A stretch of 36,566 bases of DNA, from the NCBI GenBank assembly GCA_000388065.2, contig KB932205.1; one strand, 5' to 3'. Shown piece after piece: positions 1-12,600 of the stretch (the stretch's first letter is position 1; every line of letters starts with the position of its first letter). The translations under genes and the position numbers were made by a program. The stretch is from Fonticula alba ATCC 38817 (Eukaryota; Protista; Nucleariida). The notes beneath the pieces are model-generated. The model worked only from the letters and a program-made list of their open reading frames with translations. It was not told the origin of the DNA and searched no databases.

Positions 1-1142
1 CCCAGCCTTCGCGGCCTGCCGTCCATTCCGCCTCTCTTGACGCCGGGGGGGGGGGGGGCGGCTGCTGATTCAGCGGGTCTGCCTCGGGCCACACCACCCA
101 GAGCAGGGTGGCGCGGGGGTACACTGTCGCCTTTCGTGGTGTTTCATCCCCGTCGGCTCGCGGGTGGCTCGCTCTGGGCGACCGGAGCACGAGAATGCCC
201 CCGGGCGCTGGGGAGGGGGACAAAACCACCCTCGGGGGACCCGGGCGAAGATCGATCTCCGGCGGTTGCCCGCCCTCAGGGAAAGGCGATCGCCACGCCC
301 GGCGATCTCGCTCACCGCGCGCGAGGGGGCCGGGTGGCCGCACCACCCCGCCCTGAGCACCCGAGGCCCACCAGTTGAAGAGCCGCGGGGGGGGGGGGCG
401 AGGAGGGGGGAGCTTTTCTCCGGCTCTCTCTTTGCCGGTGGCCGGCCACCGAGGGCCGCGCAAACTAGCCAACTGGCGGCGCGTCCGGGCCCAAGGCATG
501 GCCCCCGGCCGGGCCCGGGGCCGGCCTCCCGGCCTCGTCTTCCTGCGCCAGTGTCCCGAGACGCCCGGGGCCACCGGCGGCCACCCCATGCCCGGCACGC
601 GCGGGGAGGAACGGGGCCGGCCGCTACCGGCCGACCCTCGCCGGCCCGCAGGCCCCCCCCCCATCGCAACTATTGCCTGTCCTCCTCGCCTCCTCCTCCG
701 CCGAGGAGCGTGGCACACGTAATCCGGCCTACAGGCAGTTCACAGGAAAGGCGGGGGGGCGGAGCCGGCAGGGACAGCCGGTGATTGGGCCCGCCCCTTT
801 GCCTTCTCAAGTCCACCCCGGGCCGAGAGAGGGAAGGCGAGCCCGCGTAGCTCATCTCGTGCAGGTTCGACGGCAGGAGCGCCGCCGTTGCTCCCTCCGG
901 CCGCGGGCCCGTGTCAGCACAGCGCTGCCAGGGCAGCCGCGCCAAGGGCCCCCCCCCCCCCGGGGGAGAGGGGGGACAGTCCGAGTGGGCGCAAGAGGCT
1001 GGGCAGCCGCGGGAGGCAATTGCCCTCACCGAGGGGCTACTTCTCCCTCCTGGGCGCCTTCCTTTGGACGCCCCATCCGCCGTGAACGGGGAGATTGCCG
1101 GCCGGTGGCAAACCAACAGACCATGGGAGCAGATCACCCCCA

Positions 1143-1572
1143 NNNNNNNNNNNNNNNNNNNNNNNNNNNNNNNNNNNNNNNNNNNNNNNNNNNNNNNNNN
1201 NNNNNNNNNNNNNNNNNNNNNNNNNNNNNNNNNNNNNNNNNNNNNNNNNNNNNNNNNNNNNNNNNNNNNNNNNNNNNNNNNNNNNNNNNNNNNNNNNNNN
1301 NNNNNNNNNNNNNNNNNNNNNNNNNNNNNNNNNNNNNNNNNNNNNNNNNNNNNNNNNNNNNNNNNNNNNNNNNNNNNNNNNNNNNNNNNNNNNNNNNNNN
1401 NNNNNNNNNNNNNNNNNNNNNNNNNNNNNNNNNNNNNNNNNNNNNNNNNNNNNNNNNNNNNNNNNNNNNNNNNNNNNNNNNNNNNNNNNNNNNNNNNNNN
1501 NNNNNNNNNNNNNNNNNNNNNNNNNNNNNNNNNNNNNNNNNNNNNNNNNNNNNNNNNNNNNNNNNNNNNNNN
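1143..1572. other. Assembly gap (N run)
   Basis: N bases, followed by a long poly-C run. Confidence 1.
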
Positions 1573-2052
1573 CCCCCCCCCCCCCCCCCCCCCCCCGCTG
1601 CCGGGCTCCATCAGCACTGGCGGCCCTTTCCTCTGCCAGGGTCCCTGCCGCCGGCATTCCCCCGGGGGTCTCTCTCGCCTTGTCACAGCCTCTTCGGCTA
1701 CCCTTGCCTCGGGCAACTCCACACCTTTGCCGCACCCCCACACGCGCCCTCTGGCAGCCTCCACACACCATCCTCTCTCTCTCTCTCTGCCTCCATCTCT
1801 GTCTCCCCCTCATTTCGCACCCCCCACTGTCCTCCTCCCTCTCCTCCATTGCTGGGAACCCGCCTCTTCTTCCCCGGTGTGTGCACATACCAACACGCCC
1901 AGGCACCTCCCGCACTTGCACAGGCACATACACACGCGCACGCGTCGCCATAGTTGCTGCTGTTTCCACCGCTGCCGCCTTTGCCGCAGGCGCGCTCCGC
2001 CCTTTGCCACAATACAGCCTCCTCCGCGCGCTCGCACCCCCCCACCCCCCCC

Positions 2053-2667
2053 NNNNNNNNNNNNNNNNNNNNNNNNNNNNNNNNNNNNNNNNNNNNNNNN
2101 NNNNNNNNNNNNNNNNNNNNNNNNNNNNNNNNNNNNNNNNNNNNNNNNNNNNNNNNNNNNNNNNNNNNNNNNNNNNNNNNNNNNNNNNNNNNNNNNNNNN
2201 NNNNNNNNNNNNNNNNNNNNNNNNNNNNNNNNNNNNNNNNNNNNNNNNNNNNNNNNNNNNNNNNNNNNNNNNNNNNNNNNNNNNNNNNNNNNNNNNNNNN
2301 NNNNNNNNNNNNNNNNNNNNNNNNNNNNNNNNNNNNNNNNNNNNNNNNNNNNNNNNNNNNNNNNNNNNNNNNNNNNNNNNNNNNNNNNNNNNNNNNNNNN
2401 NNNNNNNNNNNNNNNNNNNNNNNNNNNNNNNNNNNNNNNNNNNNNNNNNNNNNNNNNNNNNNNNNNNNNNNNNNNNNNNNNNNNNNNNNNNNNNNNNNNN
2501 NNNNNNNNNNNNNNNNNNNNNNNNNNNNNNNNNNNNNNNNNNNNNNNNNNNNNNNNNNNNNNNNNNNNNNNNNNNNNNNNNNNNNNNNNNNNNNNNNNNN
2601 NNNNNNNNNNNNNNNNNNNNNNNNNNNNNNNNNNNNNNNNNNNNNNNNNNNNNNNNNNNNNNNNNNN
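2053..2667. other. Assembly gap (N run), probably hiding the 5' end of the Zn2Cys6 gene
   Basis: N bases flanked by a C-rich run and (GCC)n. Confidence 1.
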
Positions 2668-4544
2668 GCCGCCGCCGCCGCCGCCGCTGCCGCTGCCGCC
2701 GCCGCCGCCGCCGCCGCTGCCACCACCACCTCCATCGACACTCCCGCCTACGCCCCCCCCTCCAGGCCCCCTGCAGTGCTGTCGCCCGCCGTGTCGCCCC
2801 CCCCGACACACGCTTTCGCCAATACTACGTCCGGCTCCGACTACCCCCCGTACTTCCCCCCGGTGCCGGACACCGCTCTCCCCGGCCCGGGTCAGGATGC
2901 CAGCACCACCGGTGCCAAGTTGAACAGCGCCGGTGCTTCTGCCGCCTCTCCTGGCCTTGGGCACATGGACCCCCCACTGCACGCGGCAGCCGCCGCCGCC
3001 CCTGGGCCTTCCTTTGCCCGGCATGACGTCCCCTCGGCTGGGCCCGGGGGGTACATGCTCGGGGCGCCGGCCCACCACTTGCCCAGCCCGTCGGCCGTGA
3101 ATTTCCCCAACTACCACGGTGCGCCGTGCCCTTTGCGCACCTTCCCCTGCTTGATTTTCCGTCGCCCTTGTCTGTTGCGAGTGCTGCTGCCGCGAGTGCT
3201 GCTACCGCGAGTGCTGCTGCCGCGAGTGCTGCTGCCGCGAGTGCTGCTACCGCGAGTGCTGCTGCCGCGAGTGTTGCTACCACCACCACTGCCGCTCCTA
3301 CCAGCGGAGGCGGCGGCCTTGCCTGCCCATTGTTCTCCCTTCCACTGACGCCAATCACCCGGTCACAGACATCGGGCGCCCACGGGCATACTCGCTGCCG
3401 ACCACGGCCTATACGGCGCCGCCCGTCGTCGGGCCCCTGCCGGTGTCCCAACACCAGTACTACCATGCCCGGGCGTCGCCTCCTCCCAGTGGCAGCGGTG
3501 GCGAGGCGCCCGCTGGTGATGATAGCCCCGCCTCCGGGGGCTCCGGGCGCGAGGTCCGACTCTCCTCGCAGCCCGGGTCCTCTCAGTCCTCGGCCGCTGG
3601 GACTCCCAGCGGCTTGGGCTTCGGCGGCAGCAACCCCGGTGCCGATGGCAGTGAGCCGGACACAGCATCCACCGTGGGCCCCCAGGAGCCGGCCGCCGCC
3701 CCGACCGCCGGGGCAAAGGCCGAGGCTCCGCGTCGGCGCCGGCGTCGGGCACCCAGCCGCCCGGCCGCCGGGTCCTCGAGCCCCAACGCCACGACCCCCA
3801 CGCCCGGCGGCCGGGACCCCTCGCAAGCAGTCAAGGCCTCGGGTGAGCCCCCGGGCACGGATGCAGCCTCCTCGGCCCGGCCCGGCTCCCCGGTCCCCCA
3901 AAAGCCCGCGGCCACCTACGTTTCCAAGGCATGCACCAACTGCCGGAAGTCTCATCTGGCATGCGATGAGAGCCGCCCCTGCCGGCGATGCATCAGCGCC
4001 GACAAGGCGCACTCTTGCGTCAGCGGCGTGCACAAGAAGCGTGGCCGGCGCTCGCGCGCCGAGATCGCCCAGTCTGGCGGCGCCGGCGCCGGTGCCCAGG
4101 CCGCTGCTTCGACCTCGAAGGCCGAGCCCCCGGCCACCGAGGCGGCCACTGGCGCTGCCACCACTGGCGCCGCCGGCGCCACTGGCACTGCCCCTGATGC
4201 GGCCACTCCCGCCGTTGCTGCTGCCGCTGCCGCTGCGGCCACCGCCGCTCCCGCCGCTCGCGTCACGGAAACCCATGACACGGCCAAGGCCCGAGACGGT
4301 CGCAAGGGTCACCGTGCTCGTGAAGGGCTCGAGGCCGGTTCCTCCGCGGGCCGTGCCGATGGCCCGGTGCCTGTGGTCTCGGAAATCCCCGGGGTCTGCG
4401 CCCATGCCTCCTCCTCGACATTGGTGCGCATGGAGCACCTTGCCATTGCGGGAGATTGTCCCCCGATGCGGTCACCTCCGCGAAAGGCCGAGGCCACCAG
4501 CACCGGGTCTTCGACGCCAGCCTCGATGGGGCCCTCCGTAATGA

Positions 4545-4600
<56 letters not shown>

Positions 4601-7600
4601 TCGGGCCTTCTCCTTTCCGACCCCTACTACCCCGGCATGATGGCGCTGCCTCCGGGAGACCATCCGTCTCGCTCGCTGGCGGGTTCCCACCATGCGCCGG
4701 TGTCCTCGGCGGCGTCCCCCTCGCCAGTTCACCCTCCGCACAAGCCGCACCAGCTCCCCTCCCATCATGCCCTCCATGGCCACCCGCCGAATGGCGAGGC
4801 CTCCGCCGGCACGGGCTTCTACTCCCAGCATGCGGCCCTGCCAAGCCTACCCCCGGCTGCATCTCATGCCTCGACTCCGGCATACCAATCGCCCCCGCAG
4901 TCGCATCCGCCCTCGCACTCGCACCCCCACCATCATCACCACCACCACCACTATCACCACCACCAGCACCAGCCGCAGCAGCCACCATCGGCACATCCCC
5001 CCTCGCAGCCGCTCTCGCTGTCACAGTCGCGGCTCCCTTCGCATCCACACCCGCATGATCCCACGCACCTGCAGCCACAGCGCCAACAGCCACAGCCCCC
5101 GTCGTATCCGCATCCGGCCTACTACAACGCTCAAGCCTACTACCAGTCGTCTTCTTCTTCGGACCCGGATGGCGATTCATACCAGGCCCCGGCCTACCAG
5201 GCCCAATCCTTTGCCGGAGAGTCGACTCACCCGGGACACTACTATCCGAGTCCGCCTCTTCCAGTAGCCGCGTCAGGCGCCACCAGTGGCCTTGCCTTTG
5301 CCGGGGCCTGGGGGTCTGCCTCGGTGGACAATTTCACCGCCGGCCCTCCCCATGGCGCGTATGCCCCTGCCCGGTTTGATGACACGATGCAATTCACCGT
5401 TGCGGCAAGCCCCGCCGGGGGGCCGGCCTTCTCGCCACCCTCGCTGGCGCAGCAGCAGCATCCCCTACCTGGAGGTGATCTGAGTTCGCAGTACGCTTCC
5501 CTCCCCCCCTCTCTTCCCTTGCTCCTGCCCTCGTTGGTTCTTTTCTCACACCCTCAATCTCCATTGCGTCGGCCCTCCAGCGGGCCAGCCCCGAGGACCG
5601 GTGTCGGCGCCCTGCCCGCCGATGCCCATGCCCCGGAGGTTTCGTACCCCGAGTCTGCGCCGCTGCTGCAGGCACACTCGCCGGCCTCGCCGCCGGGGAG
5701 TGTCGGTGCTGGCGCCCGGCACTCCGGCTTGCCGCACAAGCTCCAGCCCCAGCGCCTTGTGAGTCCCACCGAGTTGGATGGCCAGCTTGGCGCCCAATCG
5801 CGTGCTCGCTCGGACCCGGACCTCTTCCGCGCTGTCGGCGGGGATCCCCGGCCATCGGTGGCAACCGCCACGCCGGCCGGCCCCATGGCTGGCCATGCTG
5901 CGGTGGCCAAGCCGCCGACCACGGCCAGCTCCTCGAGCGGGGGCTTCGCCCATGCGGCAGGCTCGGGCCCGGTGTCGGCCGATGGCTTTGGCCCCAGGCG
6001 CTCGGCGACGGCCTTCGACCCGTGCCGCCGGTCGGAGCTCCTGCTCCAGCGCGCGGGGTCGCACGACAATCTCACCTTCTCCGGGGCGGGGCCCGCGCCG
6101 GGGGTGGCCGCCACCGCGATGCCGGTGACCGGCTACGCTGATCGTGCCCCGGTTCATCCCCCTCCAAGGGCGGACTTCAGCCCGGCCGCGTCTGCCGGTC
6201 ACCCGGCCCCCCCGGGGCTTTCCGGTCGCCTGTCCCAGTCGCTGTCCTCGGTGGCACTTGGCTGCCCGCCTGCCGGAGACTCGAATGATCAACTCCATCA
6301 GCAACCGCAACAACAACAACAACAGCAGCAGCAACAACAGCATCACTCCCATCACCCTTCCTCCCATCACTTGGCGGTGGGCGTTGCTGCTGGTGCCGGA
6401 GCGAATGACGCCGCCGGGCTTGTGCCTCGCGGTCGGGCCCTGTCGGTTGCATCGGCATCCCCCTCGCCGAGCGCCTTCCGCCGGGCCCCGCCTTCTGCGG
6501 CGGTTTATGCTGTTGGCAATCTGCCCGGGGAGGATGTCCATCCTGGGTCGGGGGCCGGTGTGCATGCTGGCCCGAGCCCGACGGCCTTCCACTCTCCGGC
6601 GCCGGGGGAGCGCATCAAGCGCCCGAACCCGGTGGTCCATCGAAATCCCACGAGCGCGGCCCTGACGCGGGATATTGCCCCCTCCGGGGCGTCAACCATT
6701 CAGCCGACTCCCCTGAGGCCGCCCTCGCCGCCGACCATTCGCCAGTGCGTGCGGTATTCGCCCTCGGCAGCCGCCGTGGCCGGTGGTGTGGTCGCCGTGT
6801 CGCCGCCAGTGCCGCATCCCTCTGCGCAAACCATCGCCCAGCGCAAGTGCGCCTGCCCGTCGGACATCCACTGCATCTGTGGCGATGGCGGCACCGGTGC
6901 CTCGGGCCCCGGGAGCGCCGGCATCGGCAGCGGCAGCGGCAGCGGCAGCGCCAACGAAGGCGGCACTTCTGCACACCTGCTGGGGCCCGAGGTGTCGGCC
7001 TTCGCCGATCGCCCTCCGCACTACCCGTCGGCCTTTCGCCACGACTCGGACCCGGTGGCCGGGGGCCTGCAGTATGCCCCGCTGGCTGGCGGCCCCGGCT
7101 CCGGCGGCACTGGCGGCGGCCCAGCCACCGGGTCCCCGGCCGATGGGAGCCTCAATAGTGGCGGAAGCAGCGGCACCGGGACGCCGCGCCTGGGCAGCTC
7201 CCCCTACCCGGCGGTGATGTCCTACCGGGCAACCTCGCTGGGTCCCTCAAGTGCCATGTCGGCCTCCCCCTCGCCCGGTCCTTCCTCCGCGTCTCAGGTG
7301 TCGATCGGAGCGCTGGCGCTCCCATCCGCCGGAGGCCCCCCGGCGATGGTGGCGGCGCAGCCCCTGGCCGATCCGCATTCGGCGTCTGGCGGCGGCCCGG
7401 GGGCCGGCAAATGTGCGGCCTACTATGAGGTCCCGCACCCGGGCCTGCTGATGCCGGCCGGGCGTCCGGCCGGCGGGGATGCCCCCGTCGAGGGGTTCCT
7501 GTCGGCCGATGGCTTCCTGCCTGGGGCGGCCGTGGCACCGACCATGGGGCATGTGCGGCTCTCGCCCTCCTATGCGAGTGCCGTGCCGAACAGCCTGTCC

Positions 7601-8826
7601 CCGGTGCATGGGCACCCGGTGGAGCGGTCCCCGGCATCGGCCCCCAGCTCGGTGGCTCCTCATGCCATGCCGCCGGCGGCGGCGGCGGCCACCACGTCGC
7701 CATTGTTGCTGGGCTACTCGCCCCCGGCCGGCGGCGCGGGTGCTTCCCTTGGCCGTGCTGCCTCGGCCACCTCCCTGTACCCGGCCAGTGCCGGGGCCGA
7801 TCCCCTCTTGCGTGGGGGTCCCCCAGCGAGTGGTGGCCTGGCGCCCGCTTCGGCCATGGGAATGGAGCAATCCCTGCACCTCCTTGGCTCGAACCCCCCG
7901 CCGCAGCATCATCGGCCGCACTCGGTAAACTTTCACATCAAGCCCGAGCTCCGGGTCAACACAACCCATGTGTCCATGCCGCCGTCGGGAGGCCATGCTT
8001 CCTCGATGTCAGCCCCCCCGGCGGCCGGCCCCCCGGGTGGTGGGCTCCCCCACCTCCTTTCGACAGCCCCTAGCGCGACCGGCGTGTCCTCTCTCAGTGC
8101 GTACTCTGTGGGCTTTGCCTCTTTGTCCCCCCCCCTCCCCCCTCTCTCTCTGCCTCCCGTGCTGTGGGCCACCCCCCTATTCTCGCCTTTCCCGCAATGC
8201 ATGCCGACCTGTTCCTCTTCACTAACATGCTCCTATCCATGTGTGTGTGTGCTGCTCTCCAGGCCTCCCAGCCCAAATGGGCGACTACTCGCTTGATGCC
8301 AACTTGATGGCCGTGCCACAGCCATCCCCAGGCTCGGCGTTGCAGTATCCCATGTCGGGCCTCCCGTCGGATGGCGGTCCTCTTCGGCGTGGTGGTATGT
8401 CTTCCCCCGGTGGTGGGCGGCCGGCCCCTCTTGGGTGCATCCCATGTGTTGTTATTTTTCCTCCCTCCCCCCCCCCCTCTCTCTCTCTTTGCTCACATGC
8501 GCCCAACTCACCGTGGCCCCCTCCTCCTCTCCTCGTTTGTTCTTCCAGCTGCGTCCTTGTCTCCCCTTCGGCCGCTGCCTGCCAGTGACATTCTGAATGG
8601 TGGCAATCTGGCGCCAGTCGGCTCCGAGCCACTTGCCCATCACTCGTCTCGCCTGCCGGACGTCGGGGTGTACCGTCCCCGCCCCCTTCCACCGGCCGTG
8701 ACAGCAGTGCCCCTTGCGCCGATGTGGCATGCGGTTGAGGCACCGGCGACATCCGTGTGCGATCATGCGGCCACCAATGCCGATGGCTCGATCATCACTT
8801 GTGGCCGTTGCTACCGCTTCGCCTGA
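2668..8826 (+). CDS. Very large Zn(II)2Cys6 binuclear-cluster transcription factor (Rds2/Ert1/Gsm1/AcuK-AcuM-like cluster), 5'-partial, at least 1832 aa, mostly low complexity
   Basis: Cluster at 3932-4018: C-TN-C-RKSHLA-C-DESRP-C-RR-C-ISADKAHS-C (CX2CX6CX5CX2CX8C), followed by basic KKRGRR. Phase-consistent exon model: (gap)2668-3118, 3369-5490, 5581-8096, 8263-8394, 8549-8826 (TGA). Donors GTGCGC, GTACGC, GTGCGT, GTATGT; CAG acceptors. Contains poly-Ala, poly-Pro, poly-His and poly-Gln tracts. The start lies in or upstream of gap 2053-2667. The 3' exons have no homology support and are less certain. Confidence 0.85.
3177..3281 (+). repeat. Intronic minisatellite: 7 copies of 15-bp GCGAGTGCTGCT(G/A)CC
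   Basis: Read directly; it lies within intron 3119-3368 of the Zn2Cys6 gene. Confidence 0.95.
4550..4600 (+). repeat. Coding (CCG)n trinucleotide repeat encoding a 17-residue poly-proline tract
   Basis: 16 CCG codons followed by CCA, in frame in the transcription factor. Confidence 0.9.
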
Positions 8827-9639
8827 TGGCACCACGACATGCCGCATTCTTCCCTCCCTCCCTCCTCCCTCTCCCGCTCTGGTCCGTCCTCCCCCATCTT
8901 CCCCTTGTGGAACTTCCCTCGGTTTCCCACCAATGTGGGGCCCCTGCCCTTGCGACACCACCCTCCGGTCCCCCGAGACAGATATCCCCCTTCGTGCGCC
9001 TCCTGTGCGCCGCGGTCCATGTACTTGTACTTTTGCTCTCCCCCCCTCCCTTTCTGGCCCGCGCTCTCTCCTCGGTGTGTCCGTAAATACCCCTCCCCCC
9101 CCCTCCCCTCCCCTGCCTCTCCCTGTCTCTCTCCTTGCAATAGATCCCTTCCCTGCATGTGTTATTCCTCTCCTCCTCTTGTGTTTCCCTCTTGGGCATG
9201 CATTTATAGGTGGGCAGCTTCCTTGCGCCCTGCTGCCCGGGGGTGCCTCCCTCTCAGCAAAAGCCCGGGATCCTTCGCCAGGCGATGTTTGGTCTCGCAT
9301 TGGCCTTCTCTCGGGCCGAACGTATCACACGGCTTTCGCGAACTTCAAAGAGCATTCCTATTCAGGAAGAAGGAGAGGAGAGAGGGGAGGGTAGAGGTGG
9401 GCCATTTCCACGTCCGACAGGAGGGGGGGGGGGGCGGCACGCATCGAGGCGGGAGGTCGATTGCCGGCGCACATGGCGTCGCGACAAAGGGGTGATATGC
9501 CGGGAGGATGGGTCCCAGAGGGGGAGCACACCACCAGACGGTCTTGTCCATGGTGTCAAACAGACTCGGCCCAGCCATGCCGGCCACGCTGGCTCCTGGC
9601 TCACGCCTGCGCGCAGCTCGCGCCGGCCGTGTCAGTGCC

Positions 9640-12600
9640 CTAGGTGGCGGCCTGCTCGGCCAAAGGCTGGACCGGCGCCTCGGGATCGGCGAGGGGCACG
9701 AAGAACTTCGGCCGGCGGAACACATGGTACGAGTGCCGCCTGGAGCCGGGCCAGTGGAACATAACCGGGAAGCGAACCTGCTTCGGGATCAGCCGGTCGG
9801 AGGCGGCCTCATCGCCCACAAGGTGCTCATGATCCCCAAGGGCCCGGGACAGAGCGTGGACCTCGGGCCCACCGCCGCACGAGTAATTCAGGACGTCATG
9901 ATCGCAGTGGGGCGTCTCGAGCATGGCAGTCTCCGTGGCAGCAGCCAGGGCCGCCAGCGGGGGCACTCCATACCGGGCCACCTGGAGCTCGGTGTCGGTG
10001 ATGCCGCCGTGCGACACCCGGGCATACCCGAGGCGCTTGAAGCCCTGTGCGCGTTTTCCATTCCATTCCCAGCGATGCCCGAACAAAGTCGAGAGAGTGT
10101 GTGTGTGTGTGTGTGTGCGCGTTAGAAATATGCGTCCCGGGAGAAAGACTCACAGATGGGGCCACCATGTGTGCGTGCATGTGCATGCGCAGGGGCGCAT
10201 GTGTGAAGAGGGCAGGAAAAAGAAAGGGACACCACAAACAAGCGCGGCGGCAGCAGCAGCAGCAGCAGCAGCAGCGGCGGCGGCGGCGGCGATCCAGACA
10301 CATCGACTCCCACACGCACCCTGTAGCCCAGGTATTGGCACCAGCGGTTCGAGTCATCGGGATCGATGTCCCGGATGTTGCCCCCCTCAAAGAGGCGACG
10401 GTATTCCGGCGCATGGGGCTTGGTGACGACGTAGCCGGCGAAGGCCACCGGGCGCAGGCCGCTCGGGCGCGGCCCATGCCGCAGCAGGGTGGCCAGCCGA
10501 CGTGTTTGCAACTCCCGATCCAGGGGATCCTCCTCCTGGCCATTGTGCGAGATGATGACATCCACCAAGCGGAAGCCGGCGGCCTCGGCCCGGTGATCCT
10601 CGCCGGCCACGCCGGGGCCGCGATCCACCGGGAACCGGTGGTGCACGGCATACGGGTGGTCATACGGGTCGGTGCCCCAGCCGAGATGCCCATCGCCATC
10701 GTGCCCGGCGGTCACCAGGTCCGCCGGGAGCCGGTAGGGACGCGGGGTGGCCGGCGAGATGGGCACCGCGATGGTGGCGTAAATGGCACAGGCCAGCTCG
10801 CCCACCGGCGAGGGGAGGAGCTCATGCCGGGACCGAACAATCGGATAGCGACTGAGCATGGCACAGCCCCACGTGTGTTCCAGAGGCCCGGGCCCATAGT
10901 CGGCGTACATGCCGAGGCGCTCGCCCAATTGCAGCGGCACGTCGCGGTTGCCGATGAAGGACCGCATGGTGTCGCTCTCCAGCAGACCAATGACATCGAT
11001 GTCCATGTCCTCGATCAGCCGCGCCATGCGCTCATGACTGAGCCACATCTCATTGTCATAGCCAAAGTGGATGGTCCAAATGCCGACCGTCAGGGTGGGC
11101 ATGTTGGCCGCCGGGGGCACGGCCCCGGGCAGCGTGTCCGGGCGGTACCGCGGCCCGATGTCCTGGCCATTGGCGGCCGCGGTGGCCGGGCCCTCCTCGT
11201 AAACCATGCGCACGGGGTGCATGCCGGTCGGGCGGATGTGCCGCGTGCGAAGCTGCACCGCCAGCACCAGCCCCACATGCAGGAGAATGACCACCACCCA
11301 CACGCTCAGGCGCTCCAGCGGGGCACTGGCCCCCAGCCGGCCGCCGGTCCCGGTGCCAAAGTACCGCCGGGTGCCGAGAAGCAGGACCAGGGCCGTCAGC
11401 GCCGCCAGGAGGCCGGACTTCTCCCGGAAGTACACCCCTCCCGGGACAAAGGCATAGGCCACGACGAAAGCCTGGAAGAAGAGCCCCACCAGGAAGACCA
11501 CATGCCCGAGGGTGATGGCCAGGGGAGCCGCCCGGCCGCCGAGGCGCGACAACGCCCGCAGGGTGGCCGGCCAGACGCACGCCGCCTGGAAGGCCACGGC
11601 CAGCCCCCCGGCGAAGCCCAGCTCCGGCGTCGGGCGCCACATCAGCAAATAGGCCCCGACAGCGCCGAAGGCCCAGAGGAGCGTGCTGCCGGCGGCCCCG
11701 GTGAAGAGCCCACACAGCAGGCCGAAGGAGAGCGCCGGCACCAGGAGCAGGCCCCATGGCAGGGGCATGGGCCCGTGGTCCGGGTAGTGCTGCACCACCA
11801 TGCGCGGGATGACCGCGATGTCGGTCAGCATCCAGTGCGTCAGGGCCACCAGCGTGCCGTAGATCAGCCCCACTGGGAAGAGGTGCGCCCTTGTGGCGGG
11901 AACGCGGCAGGGAACCCGTCGAGGAGAAGGCCGGGGGAAGTCCGGGGGAAGTCCGGGGGAAGGCCGGGGGAAGGCCGGGGGAAGGCCGGGGGAAGGCAGG
12001 GAAAAGGCCGGGGGAGGGCAGGGAAAAGGCCGGGGGAGGGCAGGGAAAAGGCCGGGGGAAGGCAGGAAGAAGGCAGGAAGAAGACAGGGACAAGGCGGAG
12101 AAATACCCGTTAGCAGGCTGCAAGCCAAGCGAGGCAGAGGGGTGGGGCAGGAAGAGTCCAGCATCCCGGCGAGCCGGGGTCGCACCAGTGGAGCTTCGGC
12201 AGGGCGGCCGCACGGGCGTCCGATGGCCGGCCCTCCACATGAAGCACCGTGTCCTCGGGGTCAGACACGCGCGGGCGAAGGCCCCGGCGCAGCAGGCGCT
12301 CCAGGACAGCCAGCCCACCGACCACCAGGCCCTGGCGATGCCAGCCGCCACCGGCCTCCGGCAGGCGATCCGGATGCAGGACCGGCCACAGGGGGTTTCC
12401 GCTTCCGAAGGACACGCGCAGCACCACCGTCGCAATGAGCCCCAGCACATGGGCAGCTGTGCAGGCAGGCGGCCGCCCAGGCAAAGTTGACGGGTCGAAG
12501 GGTGAGAAAGAGCGCGCGCGCGCACACACACACACGCCCCCCACGCCGGGTCCAAGGCCCGAAAAGGGGGCAAATGTCGAGCAGGACACAGCAATAGCAA

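Noticed and set aside
845-880. tRNA-like fragments GTAGCTCA and GGTTCGA
   Set aside because: The spacing is far too short, and there is no acceptor or anticodon stem.
1-1142. Possible coding exon (FDGRSAAV...WQTNRPWEQITP) after a candidate acceptor at about 864
   Set aside because: No recognisable domain or start, and it runs into a gap. It cannot be told apart from GC-rich UTR or intergenic sequence.
3177-12093. CRISPR-like interpretation of the tandem repeats
   Set aside because: The units are directly adjacent with no unique spacers, there are no cas genes, and the context is eukaryotic introns.
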